From: a virus
Lineage: Duplodnaviria; Caudoviricetes
Length of the DNA stretch: 64,000 bases
IMG/VR virus record: IMGVR_UViG_3300029305_005185
Coordinates: 1 to 64,000 of that record
Reading direction: 5' to 3' (one strand)
Shown: piece by piece, positions 40,318-49,043 of the stretch
Position numbering within the stretch: the first letter of the stretch is position 1
How the letters are laid out: each line of letters opens with the position of its first letter
Made by a program: the position numbers and the translations under genes
The notes under the pieces: generated by a model
The model's database searches: none
The model's input: only the letters and a program-made list of their open reading frames with translations
What the model was told of the DNA's origin: nothing

Positions 40318-41384
40318 TAGGAATTTATGATTATGATTTTATAACTCGCGCTCATGGAAGGGGGTTGCCGCCTCCTTCCATTGAAGCGATGAAGATGGCA
40401 ACTTATTTGAAGCGATATGAAAAGAAACCTTACCGTTTACTTACTTCTTTAGAACAAATATTAAATTGTGAAAAAGTTTATTTCTTTACAAATCAGATTG
40501 TAGAGGAAATTCCTACGGAAGTTTTCTTTTATGATAATGTTGAGTTTTATGGAGAATATATGAGTGAAGTCTTATCACCTTTAATTCAACATATGGCTCC
40601 TGACGTATCTCTTTATAAAGAAGAAATACAAAAAAGAATCGCCGAAGATAAAGTTGGCTCAGCGAAAGCATTATCATTTTTAGATTCAATTTATTATCAA
40701 GCGAAAATAAACGGAGAAACATTACCAGTGCCGCCGATGTCATCTAAAAAGAAAATCTATATTTATGATAAAGATTTTCTTGGCTATGAAGATTGTTGGG
40801 AAATATTGGATAAAATTATTGAGAGGCGGCCAAGTACAATTCATATGACAGAGATGATACAATGTCATACGATGAAACAGTTTCTTTTTCTTCGTGAAGA
40901 ATATGAAAAAGTAAGTCGAGCGAATAAAATTGCCTTGGATTATTTTGTTCCTCTTCATCAATTAGAAGTATATTTTGGAAAATACAAAATGAAACTTCTT
41001 GGTGAAATTACAAAAAATTCTAGTGTTTATATTTACTTAGGAAAATGTTACGGCGCCCAAGCGTATAACAATACTTTTTATGTAAAAAATATACTTTACT
41101 GTTTAAATCTTCTTTTCAGTTATTACTCAAGAAATATTCCAATTATGGCAGAAATATATTATCCTAAATTTGAAGAAGATAATCCATATATTGAAATCTA
41201 TAAAGCAATAAAATCTTGGGCTAATAATGAAGATTGGGATATTATATTACAAGATTCTTTTAGAACGAAACTTCAAAAAGAAAAACTAGAACAACTTTTA
41301 GATAAACATCCAATTATGAAACCATTCTTCTCTTATTCTAAAAATAAATTAAAAGATACTAGAGGAATATGGAGGATTATATAA
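40314..41384 (+). CDS. hypothetical protein; possibly a degenerate radical-SAM-family homolog
   Basis: ATGA coupling to dnaE; IGIYDYD...PSIEAMKMATY, IQHMAPDVSLY; no CxxxCxxC. Confidence 0.5.
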   Translation: MIGIYDYDFITRAHGRGLPPPSIEAMKMATYLKRYEKKPYRLLTSLEQILNCEKVYFFTNQIVEEIPTEVFFYDNVEFYGEYMSEVLSPLIQHMAPDVSLYKEEIQKRIAEDKVGSAKALSFLDSIYYQAKINGETLPVPPMSSKKKIYIYDKDFLGYEDCWEILDKIIERRPSTIHMTEMIQCHTMKQFLFLREEYEKVSRANKIALDYFVPLHQLEVYFGKYKMKLLGEITKNSSVYIYLGKCYGAQAYNNTFYVKNILYCLNLLFSYYSRNIPIMAEIYYPKFEEDNPYIEIYKAIKSWANNEDWDIILQDSFRTKLQKEKLEQLLDKHPIMKPFFSYSKNKLKDTRGIWRII

Positions 41385-41599
41385 TGACTAATTTTGAAAT
41401 TAAAACTGAGATTGAACAACTTGAAGCAAGAAAAAGAGAACTACAAATGTCTTCTTTTGAATTGAATGTTGAGGCTTTAGATATCAATGCGCGCATCGCC
41501 CATCTTCGCAATGAATGCACTCATACTGATGCTGACGGTACTTTTGCTATTAACAAACATGAACGTTGTAAGTATTGCGGGCGGAATATGCACAAGTGA
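41384..41599 (+). CDS. small coiled-coil/Zn-finger protein
   Basis: TAATG coupling; ECTH...CKYCG. Confidence 0.6.
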   Translation: MTNFEIKTEIEQLEARKRELQMSSFELNVEALDINARIAHLRNECTHTDADGTFAINKHERCKYCGRNMHK

Positions 41600-41802
41600 T
41601 TATACTCTATCATATCAATTCACATCAATGTAAAACAGTTAAACAAAAACTTATTGAAAAGAAATTACAATACAAAGAAATAACCGATGTAGACGAAATA
41701 CTAAAATCCCATATATTTCAGGTTCCTACTCTTGTAGTAGAAGAGCAAGAATACGGATTTATTCAAGCGTTGAAATGGTTGAATAAGGTGGGAAAAATAT
41801 GA
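41596..41802 (+). CDS. glutaredoxin/NrdH-like protein (SxxC)
   Basis: IILYHINSHQCKTVKQKL...QVPTLVV; directly upstream of nrdD. Confidence 0.6.
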   Translation: MIILYHINSHQCKTVKQKLIEKKLQYKEITDVDEILKSHIFQVPTLVVEEQEYGFIQALKWLNKVGKI

Positions 41803-44009
41803 ATATTACAGTTATTAAACGTAGTGGAATCAAAACTGAATTTAATGGTGAAAAAATTATCTTAGCAATTACTAAAGCATACGATGGGGAAGAAACTCCA
41901 AAATACGCTTTTTCAATTGTAAAAAAAATTGAAAAATATGCCAAGAAAAATGGTAATATTATTCATGTAGAAGATATTCAAAATTTAATTGAAATTCATC
42001 TAATGAAACGCGATAAGAAAACTGCTCGTGAATTTATTAGATATAGATATAAGCGAGAAGTTGCTCGCAATAGTTCTACTGAGTTTATTGATGCAATGAC
42101 AGATAAGCTCATGGCGAAGAACGTAGAAAATTCTAACGCTAATGTAGATGAACATTCTTTTGGCGGGCGCGTTGGCGAAGCTTCTAATGAAATGATGAAG
42201 CAGTATGCTCTTGACCATTGTATGAGTGAGCTTTCAAGAAAGAATCATCTAAATAATGAAATTTATATTCATGACTTGTCTGCTTATGCAGTAGGCATGC
42301 ATAACTGTCTATCTATGCCGCTAGATGATTTACTTGCCAAAGGTTTCAATACTCGTCAAGTAGACATTCGTCCTGCCGGCAGTATCAATACTGCTTTTCA
42401 ACTTGTAGCCGTTCTTTTCCAATTGCAGAGTCTTATGCAGTTTGGCGGCGTAAGTGCAACACACTTGGATTGGACAATGGTTCCATATATTCGCAGAAGT
42501 TTTTATAAGCATTATAAAGACGGAATTAAATACTTTGAAAATGAAAGTATTGATGTAAATGATTATCAAATCAAAGTAGAACATACTAGTATTGACGATG
42601 CTTTCTATCGTAAAGAAGCGAATCCTCAAGTTTATGAATATGCAATGGATATGACTAAGCGAGAGTTAAATCAAGCCGTTGAAGGTTTTTATCATAATCT
42701 TAACTCACTACAAAGTCGTAGTGGAAATCAGCTTCCGTTCAGTTCCATTAATTATGGCACTTGTACTCTTATTGAAGGACGTATGACTATTGAAGCAATT
42801 CTTGGCGGTAGTTTAAAGGGTGTTGGAAAATTCCATCGTACAAGTGTATTCCCTTGTGGTATTTTCCAGTGTATGAAGGGTGTCAATCAGGAAACTAATG
42901 AACCTAATTATGACATGTTCCGTTTAGCGCTAAAATCTACAGCAAAACGTTTATATCCAAATTATGCTAATTGTGATTGGAGTGGCAATGCTGGTTATGA
43001 TAGAAATGACCCTCGTACATATTTTAGTACCATGGGATGCCGCACAGCCAATGGTTGGGATATCAATGGATTTGGTCAGTTAAAAGATGGCCGCGGCAAT
43101 ATTTGTCCTGTAACAATTATTTTACCAACTTTAGCAATGCAAGCACGTGAGCTTTGGGAGGAAGATGGTGGCAATGAAGATAGCCTAGAAGATGTTTTCC
43201 TTAATATGCTATACTATAAAATTGGCGAAGCAAAAGATATGCTCATTGAACGTTTTGAATATATTTGCTCTCAGCCGGCGTCCTCAGCGAAATTCATGTA
43301 TGAGAATAACACAATGGCAGGTTACGTGCCAGAAGAAGGAATTCGGTCTGCTTTAAAGCATGGCACACTTGCACTTGGGCAGTTAGGTTTAGCAGAAACA
43401 TTACAAATTCTTGTAGGATATGACCATACAGAAAAGACTGGTATGGACTTAGCCAAGAAGATTGAACAAATGTTTAAAGAACGTTGCGCTGAATTTAAAG
43501 AGAAATATAAACTGAATTTTGGCGTGTATTATACTCCCGCCGAGTCCCTTTGTTATACAGCAATGAAAAAGTTCCAGCAGAAATATGGAATTATTCCTAA
43601 TGTTTCTGACCGCGAATATTTCACCAACAGTATTCATGTTCCAGTCTGGAAAGAACTATCTCCATTTGAAAAAATTGATATTGAAAGCCAACTAACTGGT
43701 TATTCTTCTGCTGGTTGTATTACTTATGTAGAAATGCCAAGTGGAGTAAAGAATAATGTTGATGCTCTAGAACAGATAGTTAAATATGCTATGAATAAAG
43801 ATATTCCTTATTTTGCTATCAATGTTCCAGTTGATACATGTCTAAACTGTGGCTACAGTGATGAAATTAACGATAAATGTCCCGAATGCGGTAGTTCTAA
43901 TATTCAGCGTCTTCGTCGTGTAACTGGTTATTTAACAAATGACTACAAAACTGCTTTTAATTACGGTAAGCAAAAGGAAACAGAAGACCGTGTAAAGCAC
44001 GCTCATTAA
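41799..44009 (+). CDS. nrdD: anaerobic ribonucleoside-triphosphate reductase (class III) with ATP cone
   Basis: VIKRSG ATP cone, IYIHDL, TMGCRT, TPAESL, CLNC...CPEC, RRVTGYL glycyl-radical motif. Confidence 0.95.
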   Translation: MNITVIKRSGIKTEFNGEKIILAITKAYDGEETPKYAFSIVKKIEKYAKKNGNIIHVEDIQNLIEIHLMKRDKKTAREFIRYRYKREVARNSSTEFIDAMTDKLMAKNVENSNANVDEHSFGGRVGEASNEMMKQYALDHCMSELSRKNHLNNEIYIHDLSAYAVGMHNCLSMPLDDLLAKGFNTRQVDIRPAGSINTAFQLVAVLFQLQSLMQFGGVSATHLDWTMVPYIRRSFYKHYKDGIKYFENESIDVNDYQIKVEHTSIDDAFYRKEANPQVYEYAMDMTKRELNQAVEGFYHNLNSLQSRSGNQLPFSSINYGTCTLIEGRMTIEAILGGSLKGVGKFHRTSVFPCGIFQCMKGVNQETNEPNYDMFRLALKSTAKRLYPNYANCDWSGNAGYDRNDPRTYFSTMGCRTANGWDINGFGQLKDGRGNICPVTIILPTLAMQARELWEEDGGNEDSLEDVFLNMLYYKIGEAKDMLIERFEYICSQPASSAKFMYENNTMAGYVPEEGIRSALKHGTLALGQLGLAETLQILVGYDHTEKTGMDLAKKIEQMFKERCAEFKEKYKLNFGVYYTPAESLCYTAMKKFQQKYGIIPNVSDREYFTNSIHVPVWKELSPFEKIDIESQLTGYSSAGCITYVEMPSGVKNNVDALEQIVKYAMNKDIPYFAINVPVDTCLNCGYSDEINDKCPECGSSNIQRLRRVTGYLTNDYKTAFNYGKQKETEDRVKHAH

Positions 44010-44018
44010 GGTGATATT

Positions 44019-44501
44019 ATGTTAGGAAAGATAGCAGGTATTTACTATAATGACACTGCCGCGGCTCCCGGCTTTTGTGTTTCAGTATATGTAAGCGGTT
44101 GTGATTTACATTGTAAGGGTTGCCATAATCCTCAAGCTCAAAGCTTTGATTATGGCGAAGAACTTACAGAGGAATTAATTCAAAAAATTATTTTAGCCTT
44201 GAATGCGAATGGAGTAATGAGAAAGTTATGTATTCTTGGTGGCGAACCTTTACATCCAATGAATGTTCCAATGACTGAATATCTAATTAAAAGATGTAAA
44301 GAAGTATTTCATAATCTTGAAATTTATATTTGGTCTGGATATGATTATGAAATATTAAAAAATAGAAAGGAATGTAATTATATTTTAAATACTGCAACTT
44401 GCCTTATTGATGGTTTATTTATTGAAGAGTTGCGAGATACTACCCTTCCAATGCGTGGCAGTAGCAACCAAAATATAATTATGCTAAAAGAAAATGAATA
44501 A
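44019..44501 (+). CDS. nrdG: anaerobic RNR activating enzyme (radical SAM)
   Basis: GCDLHCKGCHNP, LGGEP, RGSSNQ. Confidence 0.95.
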   Translation: MLGKIAGIYYNDTAAAPGFCVSVYVSGCDLHCKGCHNPQAQSFDYGEELTEELIQKIILALNANGVMRKLCILGGEPLHPMNVPMTEYLIKRCKEVFHNLEIYIWSGYDYEILKNRKECNYILNTATCLIDGLFIEELRDTTLPMRGSSNQNIIMLKENE

Positions 44502-45036
44502 AAAATCCTTTGCCGGCGGTCTTTGTATTGGGCTTGCGGCGTTGGCTAATATGCTGGCGCCGCACCCAGTTATTGGTGCTTTTTTGTTTTGCTTTGGCTT
44601 ATTTGCTATTTTAGCAAATGATTTTAAATTATGTACTGGTATGTTCGGTAATTGTAAATCCTTCAAAGATTGGCTAAATGCTTTAGGTGTTTTAGTCGGT
44701 AATTATTGGGGAGCATCGCTAATTGCTATTTTTGCTTTATTGTGCGGATGGGAATTACCGAAAGTAGTCGTATATAATGCCAATCTATGGACGGTATTGT
44801 ACAAGTCTATTTTATGTGGTGCTATGATTCACATTGGAGTAAAGTCGTATAAAAATGGTCACCCGTTAGTTATGTTCCTTTCAGTAGCATTATTTGTATT
44901 GTGCGGAATGGAACATTGTGTAGCCAATACTTTTTTACTTCTTTTCAGTTCTACTTCTGGTTTCTTACCAGCATATGGAATCAATATTATCGGTAATGCC
45001 GTTGGTGCGAAAATAATGGACTATTTTCTCTCTTAA
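44494..45036 (+). CDS. formate/nitrite transporter (FNT) family channel
   Basis: AGGLCIG, GAFLFCFGL, KLCTG, GNYWG, ILCG, GMEHCVAN, GNAVG. Confidence 0.8.
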   Translation: MNKKSFAGGLCIGLAALANMLAPHPVIGAFLFCFGLFAILANDFKLCTGMFGNCKSFKDWLNALGVLVGNYWGASLIAIFALLCGWELPKVVVYNANLWTVLYKSILCGAMIHIGVKSYKNGHPLVMFLSVALFVLCGMEHCVANTFLLLFSSTSGFLPAYGINIIGNAVGAKIMDYFLS

Positions 45037-45042
45037 AATTTT

Positions 45043-45084
45043 AAAGTCAAATTTTTTAAAAAAATTTGACTTTTTCTTTTTTTT
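45043..45084 (+). terminator. 15-bp perfect inverted repeat/terminator containing the -35 box of the next promoter
   Basis: AAAGTCAAATTTTTT-A-AAAAAATTTGACTTT followed by a T-run. Confidence 0.6.
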
Positions 45085-45094
45085 GTTTTATAAT
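45066..45094 (+). promoter_or_regulatory. sigmaA-type promoter
   Basis: TTGACT-N17-TATAAT. Confidence 0.7.
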
Positions 45095-45122
45095 AAAATA
45101 AATCAAAAAGGAGAATAAGAAC

Positions 45123-46112
45123 ATGACAACTACTTGGATTATTGTAATACTATGTTTTGCTCTTGTTTTATTCTATTTCTACACTCAAGGTCGCGAAGAT
45201 AAATATAAGGAAAGTTATGGCGACCTAGAGCGTCTACGCGCAGAAAGGTTGGATTTAGAGGAATAGAATAATCTAAAAAGAGAAACTAATGAAGAACTAA
45301 AAAAAGAGTATGCAAATTGGAAGGATTTACTTAATTGTATAGATAATGATATCCAAGGCGCGAATAATAAATTAAGCCATTTAAATGATATCATTTCATA
45401 GAAAGAAATTCTTATAGAGTAGAAGCAATCTTTGATTGATAATGGTATTGGAAAGTTAGAAGAAGAAAAGAAAAATAGTATGGCGATGCGTTTAGTTCAG
45501 GAGCAAAAACGTTTAGATGAGCTATTAGAAGAAACTCGGAAAGTTTCTGAACGAAGTATTGCTGAATGGACTGAAAAAGCAGAAGATGCTCGTAATAAAT
45601 ATCTTTCAGTAATGGAAACTTTGCGGGCAGAAGAATCTATTCAAGAAACGCACATGCTTCAAATTCCGCAGAATATTCGTGATGATATTTCATATTTAAT
45701 TGAAACAGTAGTACCTCGTTTGAATAATAAAGAACTTATTAATAAACTTATTTGGTCTGAGTATATTCAAAATACTACTAAAGATATGCTAGAAGCTATT
45801 CTTCCAAGTAAAGAATGTTCTGGTATTTATAAAATTACTAATGTTGAAACGAAGAAAAGTTACATTGGTCGTTCAACAAATGTTTATAAACGACTTCAAG
45901 ACCACATTAAAAGTTCTTGTGGAATTGCTACAATTGCTGATTAGAAAGTTCATCATGCTATGCGAGATGAAGGATTATGGAATTTCCAATTTGAATTGTT
46001 AGAAGAATGCGATAAATCCAAATTAGGAGAGCGCGAAAAATATTATATTGAATTTTTTCAAACTCAAAAATATGGTTATAATGCTGTCGCCGGAAGTGCA
46101 TTTAAGGAGTAA
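45123..46112 (+). CDS. N-terminal TM + coiled-coil + GIY-YIG nuclease (329 aa, 4 TAG)
   Basis: AAGGAG RBS; WIIVILCFALVLFYFY; SGIYKITN...YIGRS...RLQDH, TAG45942, then NFQFELLEEC...EREKYYI...YGYN. Confidence 0.8.
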
Positions 46113-46115
46113 TTA

Positions 46116-46517
46116 ATGGAAATTAACGAAATTATCCCAATAGAAAAACGTAGTAGATTATGTGTTCATTGTGATGATAAGTGTAAAACTACTTATCTAA
46201 TTGCCGAACCTCGTATGGGTAAAACAACCGAAACAATTCGTCAAGCGGTTTTTCGTCGCTGTCATATCCTTTCTAAAGAATATGATTATTTCCGTTCAGT
46301 TGGTATGAAGCATGTTTCAGAAACTACTGGAAGTGAAATTGGTTTTTTAGGTATTAGAGATTTACTTTACAGCGATAAAAACTATTTTGAAGGAAAGCAA
46401 AAACTAAATTTATGTGTTGATGGAGCAAAAGGAATATTAGAAGAATTACTATCTGAACGTTTTGGAGTTCCAGTAGAAATTCAATATATGTCAATTGAAG
46501 CACCGAGGAATAATTAA
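46116..46517 (+). CDS. hypothetical protein with P-loop-like motif
   Basis: IAEPRMGKTT; AAGGAG RBS. Confidence 0.55.
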   Translation: MEINEIIPIEKRSRLCVHCDDKCKTTYLIAEPRMGKTTETIRQAVFRRCHILSKEYDYFRSVGMKHVSETTGSEIGFLGIRDLLYSDKNYFEGKQKLNLCVDGAKGILEELLSERFGVPVEIQYMSIEAPRNN

Positions 46518-46909
46518 TGAGAGATAAAGAATTTTTTGATGAAAATATTGAGGAAACAATAGAATATTTAAAAACATTACCTCGCGCGGATAACGTTCCT
46601 ATTCCGAATGCTGGTACAGGAGAATGGAAACCAGCATTTGAACCCGCCAAAGAGGATGAAGAACTTCCAAAAGAAATTTGGATTCCCAATCGCCGCGAGC
46701 GTCGTTTAATGAAGAAACGTGGCAATAAAATGGAAAAAGCTTTATCTAAGTTTTATCAAAATGCCATTGATGAAGCGAGAGATTATGTAAATACACCCAA
46801 TTATAAAAACGAAATTTATAAAGCACTTTACGAAAAAACAAAAGCAAGAAATGAAGAATTAGAAAAGGAGATTTCACAAAATGGCATTACAGCTAACGAA
46901 GGAAACTAA
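46517..46909 (+). CDS. hypothetical protein
   Basis: TAATG coupling; PNRRERR motif. Confidence 0.6.
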   Translation: MRDKEFFDENIEETIEYLKTLPRADNVPIPNAGTGEWKPAFEPAKEDEELPKEIWIPNRRERRLMKKRGNKMEKALSKFYQNAIDEARDYVNTPNYKNEIYKALYEKTKARNEELEKEISQNGITANEGN

Positions 46910-47090
46910 ACATTGGCGAGTAGATAGTGAGGATGAAGCCGTAGATATGATTGCTGAATATAAGGATAATGCTACAAAAGGCGGTTATATCGTGACTAAG
47001 AGCGGTTATAAAATTAAGACTAAGAAGTCTAAGGGTGAAATCATTGACCTTTGGGCAGAAGTTGAAATTACATTTTCTTATGAGGTATAA
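46881..47090 (+). CDS. small hypothetical protein
   Basis: AAGGAG RBS. Confidence 0.65.
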   Translation: MALQLTKETKHWRVDSEDEAVDMIAEYKDNATKGGYIVTKSGYKIKTKKSKGEIIDLWAEVEITFSYEV

Positions 47091-47095
47091 TATAT

Positions 47096-47896
47096 ATGGA
47101 CGATTTTATTTCTGATTTACTAAGACAACTTACAGAAAGCCTTGACGATATAATGGCAATTGAAGATGAAAAATTTGCTTTGGCTCAGGATTTAGCTCTT
47201 CAAGCCATTACCATGACATTAAGTGGAACTCAGGCTGATTATCAAATTGGTCAGGCAGTTGCGGCAAATAAGGCGGCGGGTATTAGTCGTTCTCAAATGA
47301 TTGATTATAATGAGCTTCTTAAAGATACTTTATATAATCTAATTCAGAATGGATATAAGACTCGTTATAACAATCCTAATAAACATGAATTCCTTGATAG
47401 TTTCTATTCTCTTGTTGAAAAATATACTGATAAAATGATTCAGTTCTGGGATTTAGAAACTCCTGTTGTTTATGTACAGAGGTTACACGAAAACGCTAAA
47501 CTCCCCTCTTATGCAAGCGCTGGAGACCAGGGTGCTGATATTTATGCCTGTGAAGATATTACTATTCCCGCGAATAGTTTTGGCACAATTGTAAAAACTG
47601 GTTTGGCGATGGCTATTCCTTTTGGCTGGGCTATTGCAATTCGTCCTCGTAGTGGTATGAGTCATAAAACTCGTATGCGTATTTCTAATACTCCCGGAAC
47701 AGTGGATACCAATTATAAGGATGAAATTGGTGTAATTGTTGATAATTTCTCTAATGAAGAATATAAAATTAAAACGGGCGATCGTATTGCTCAGTTTGTT
47801 ATTGAAAAAAATTATCAAGCCAATTTTACCGAAACTGAAGACGTTCATAGCCATGGCGAAGATCGCGGTGGCGGGTTCGGTCATACTGGTGTATAA
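47096..47896 (+). CDS. dut: trimeric dUTPase with ~120-aa N-terminal extension
   Basis: GADI, RPRSG, GTVDTNYKDEIGV, GDRIAQ, RGGGFGHTG. Confidence 0.9.
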   Translation: MDDFISDLLRQLTESLDDIMAIEDEKFALAQDLALQAITMTLSGTQADYQIGQAVAANKAAGISRSQMIDYNELLKDTLYNLIQNGYKTRYNNPNKHEFLDSFYSLVEKYTDKMIQFWDLETPVVYVQRLHENAKLPSYASAGDQGADIYACEDITIPANSFGTIVKTGLAMAIPFGWAIAIRPRSGMSHKTRMRISNTPGTVDTNYKDEIGVIVDNFSNEEYKIKTGDRIAQFVIEKNYQANFTETEDVHSHGEDRGGGFGHTGV

Positions 47897-48621
47897 TGGC
47901 TATTAATATATATACTGTATAGGAAGATGCTACCAGCGCGGGCTGGTAGCTAATTTCTACAACATATAAAAACTTAAAAACATCTATGGAATGGTAGTGC
48001 CCTAAAGGACATTTAGTTGAAATGACATATGAAGAGTGGCGCAAAACTCACTCTTGTGCTAAATGTAATGAAGCTCATTCTCATGGTGTTTTAAGAAATA
48101 AAATTCCTGACAAACCAGCAGGAACCTACCGCGTTCTTTCCCTTGACGCGGCGACAGGAGCAACTGGTTGGTCGTTATATGATAATAAAAAACTTGTCGC
48201 CTATGGAACTTTTAATACATAGGAATACGATAAAACGGCTCGTATATACGAAGTATATGAATGGTTAGATGAAATGTTGGTTAAATCTAAATGCGATGCC
48301 GTTGGTTTGGAAGGAATTTAGTTACAAAAGAATGTATAGATGTTTTAGACTCTTGCTAATTTATAGGGGGTAATTTTAAATACTTTATATGCCAGAGATA
48401 TTAAGTATGAAGTTGCTTCTTCAAGCACATGGCGTTCTTTTGTAAATTTAAATAATCACGATTAGCGCGAAAACGCAAAAGCTAAAGCATAGGCTTGGGT
48501 ATTAATGAATTATCATTTAAAATGTACACAAGATGAAGCCGATGCTATTGTAATGGGAAAATATTTTTCAAATACATTAAAAGAAAAAAAGAAAATTACT
48601 TGGGGTGAAGATATTTTATGA
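47896..48621 (+). CDS. ruvC: RuvC-like Holliday junction resolvase with N-terminal Zn-binding module (241 aa, 10 TAG)
   Basis: TAATG and ATGA coupling at its two ends; CPKGH...CAKC; VLSLDAATGATGWS, GLEGI*LQ, LANL*GV, STWR, DEADAI. Confidence 0.85.
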
Positions 48622-48998
48622 CCGCTACTATTTATGATATTATTTCTGCAAATCCTGTATTTACCAAGATTCTACAGCATGAATTTACTGGTAAACAGTC
48701 CTTTATGATTAGCCGCGTTCTTCGTGCGCTAAATACTGAAACTGAATCTTTTAACAAGACTCGTGAAGAAGTTTTGAAGAAGTATGCTGAAACTGATGAT
48801 GCTGGTGAAATGATTATTTCTGAAGGAAATGTAAAGATTCGTGACGGCGAAATGGAATCTTTCCAGAAAGAAATTAATGAATTGCTATATGCTGAGTTAG
48901 ATGTAGATGTTAAGCCTATTCCTGTAGATTGGCTTGATGATGTAAAGCTAACTCCTCAGGAAATGATTGTACTAGAGCCTTTTATTTCTATGGAATAA
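48618..48998 (+). CDS. conserved phage protein (DUF1617-like)
   Basis: FNKTREEVLKKYAETD...LTPQEMIVLEPFI; no TAG. Confidence 0.6.
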   Translation: MTATIYDIISANPVFTKILQHEFTGKQSFMISRVLRALNTETESFNKTREEVLKKYAETDDAGEMIISEGNVKIRDGEMESFQKEINELLYAELDVDVKPIPVDWLDDVKLTPQEMIVLEPFISME

Positions 48999-49000
48999 AT

Positions 49001-49043
49001 AAAAAAATAAAGAGGATGACGAAAGTCATCCTCTTATTTTTTT
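49001..49043. terminator. bidirectional terminator between the replication and tail modules
   Basis: A-run, AGAGGATGAC-GAAA-GTCATCCTCT, T-run. Confidence 0.9.

Noticed and set aside
23858-43637. Numerous minus-strand ORFs opposite replication genes (e.g. 23858-24502, 27168-27521, 35358-35672)
   Set aside because: They are antisense shadows of well-supported genes, with no RBS or recognisable motifs.
36322-44009. Inteins or group I introns in dnaE or nrdD
   Set aside because: Both ORFs are continuous and of roughly normal length, with no intein terminal motifs or LAGLIDADG blocks seen.
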